Source of the DNA: Prorocentrum cordatum
Taxonomy: Eukaryota
NCBI GenBank assembly: GCA_963575745.1
Contig: CAUYUJ010000203.1
Location: 372,001 to 436,000 of the forward strand
Direction of reading: 5' to 3'
DNA length: 64,000 nucleotides
Part shown: positions 63,526-64,000 of the stretch, piece after piece
Numbering within the stretch: position 1 is the first letter of the stretch
Layout of the letters: each line of letters begins with the position of its first letter
Notes under the pieces: generated by a model
The model's input: only the letters and a program-made list of their open reading frames with translations
Told to the model about the DNA's origin: nothing
Databases searched by the model: none
Made by a program: the position numbers and the translations under genes

Positions 63526-63664
63526 CTTCATGTCCCCCTTCTGGTTGCCGGTCACCACCATCAGCCCCTCCGCACCCTCGGGCACCTTCGTGCGCGGGAG
63601 GTCGAACTGCAGATCTTCGCCCGTCTTGCGCAGCAGCTTCACGGCCGACTGCGCCGACGACAGC
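63526..63664 (-). CDS. Putative internal exon, 139 bp (LSSAQSAVKLLRKTGEDLQFDLPRTKVPEGAEGLMVVTGNQKGDMK); product unknown
   Basis: AG|G acceptor and AG|GT donor, strong GC3 bias, protein-like composition unlike the surrounding repeats. Confidence 0.72.
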
Positions 63665-63684
63665 CTCAGGGCAAGGGGCATTAT

Positions 63685-63905
63685 AGGAGGACACCCGGAT
63701 CGGGTCCGAGCAGGTGTGGTCGGAAGATCGCGCGGCATCGCCGATGCACCGCCGAAGCATCGCCGAAGCATCGGCGACGTCGGCGATGCACGGGAGACGT
63801 CGGCGTGGGGAAAGCCGGGCCCCACATCGAGCCGCATCGCCGATGCATCGGCGACGCGTCGGGGTCCTCCGACAACATCTGCAATCGAGCCTGAATGGAG
63901 AGGAC
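63685..63905. mobile_element. Older, diverged family A copy inside the upstream intron
   Basis: gggtccgag...gatcgcgcggcatcgccgatgc...cacatcgagccgcatcgccgatgcatcggcg...cctccgac; no TSD visible. Confidence 0.8.
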
Positions 63906-64000
63906 ACGCGAGAGCAAGCAAAGCCCTTTTGAGGGCCAACTGGCCGCAGGAATGTAAAAGGCATAGGCCGCTAAACGCAGAACAAGAGGGCGGCCCTTGA

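Overview
Repeat-dominated, GC-rich eukaryotic DNA, almost certainly from a dinoflagellate: an exact 22-nt DinoSL spliced leader lies at 31738-31759 (-). Most ORFs in the supplied track are artefacts of microsatellites and GC-rich repeats. Supported content: (1) a decayed, near-complete Ty1/copia-type LTR retrotransposon on the minus strand (~6.0-17.2 kb) with order gag-PR-[cytosine DNA methyltransferase-like domain]-IN-RT-RNase H, and a second RNase H/3' fragment of the same family at ~57.5-58.5 kb; (2) a complete retroposed mRNA (30675-31759) with a full spliced leader, tandem relict leaders, a poly(A) tail and a ~20-bp target-site duplication (TSD); (3) a decayed LINE (~44.4-54.07 kb, +; ORF1, APE endonuclease, RT, CCHC, RNase H) with SL-like relics at its 5' end, embedded in (CAT)n and interrupted by two satellite-bearing insertions; (4) several palindromic MITE-like families with 6-bp TSDs, one copy of which (63280-63522) forms a precise GT-AG intron in the 3' end of a putative host gene, with both splice sites supplied by its TSD (introner-like); (5) a 6.5-kb degenerate TTAGGG-containing octamer array, (TAG)n and (CAT)n microsatellites and several minisatellites. 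All domain calls come from motif recognition by eye; no database searches were run.
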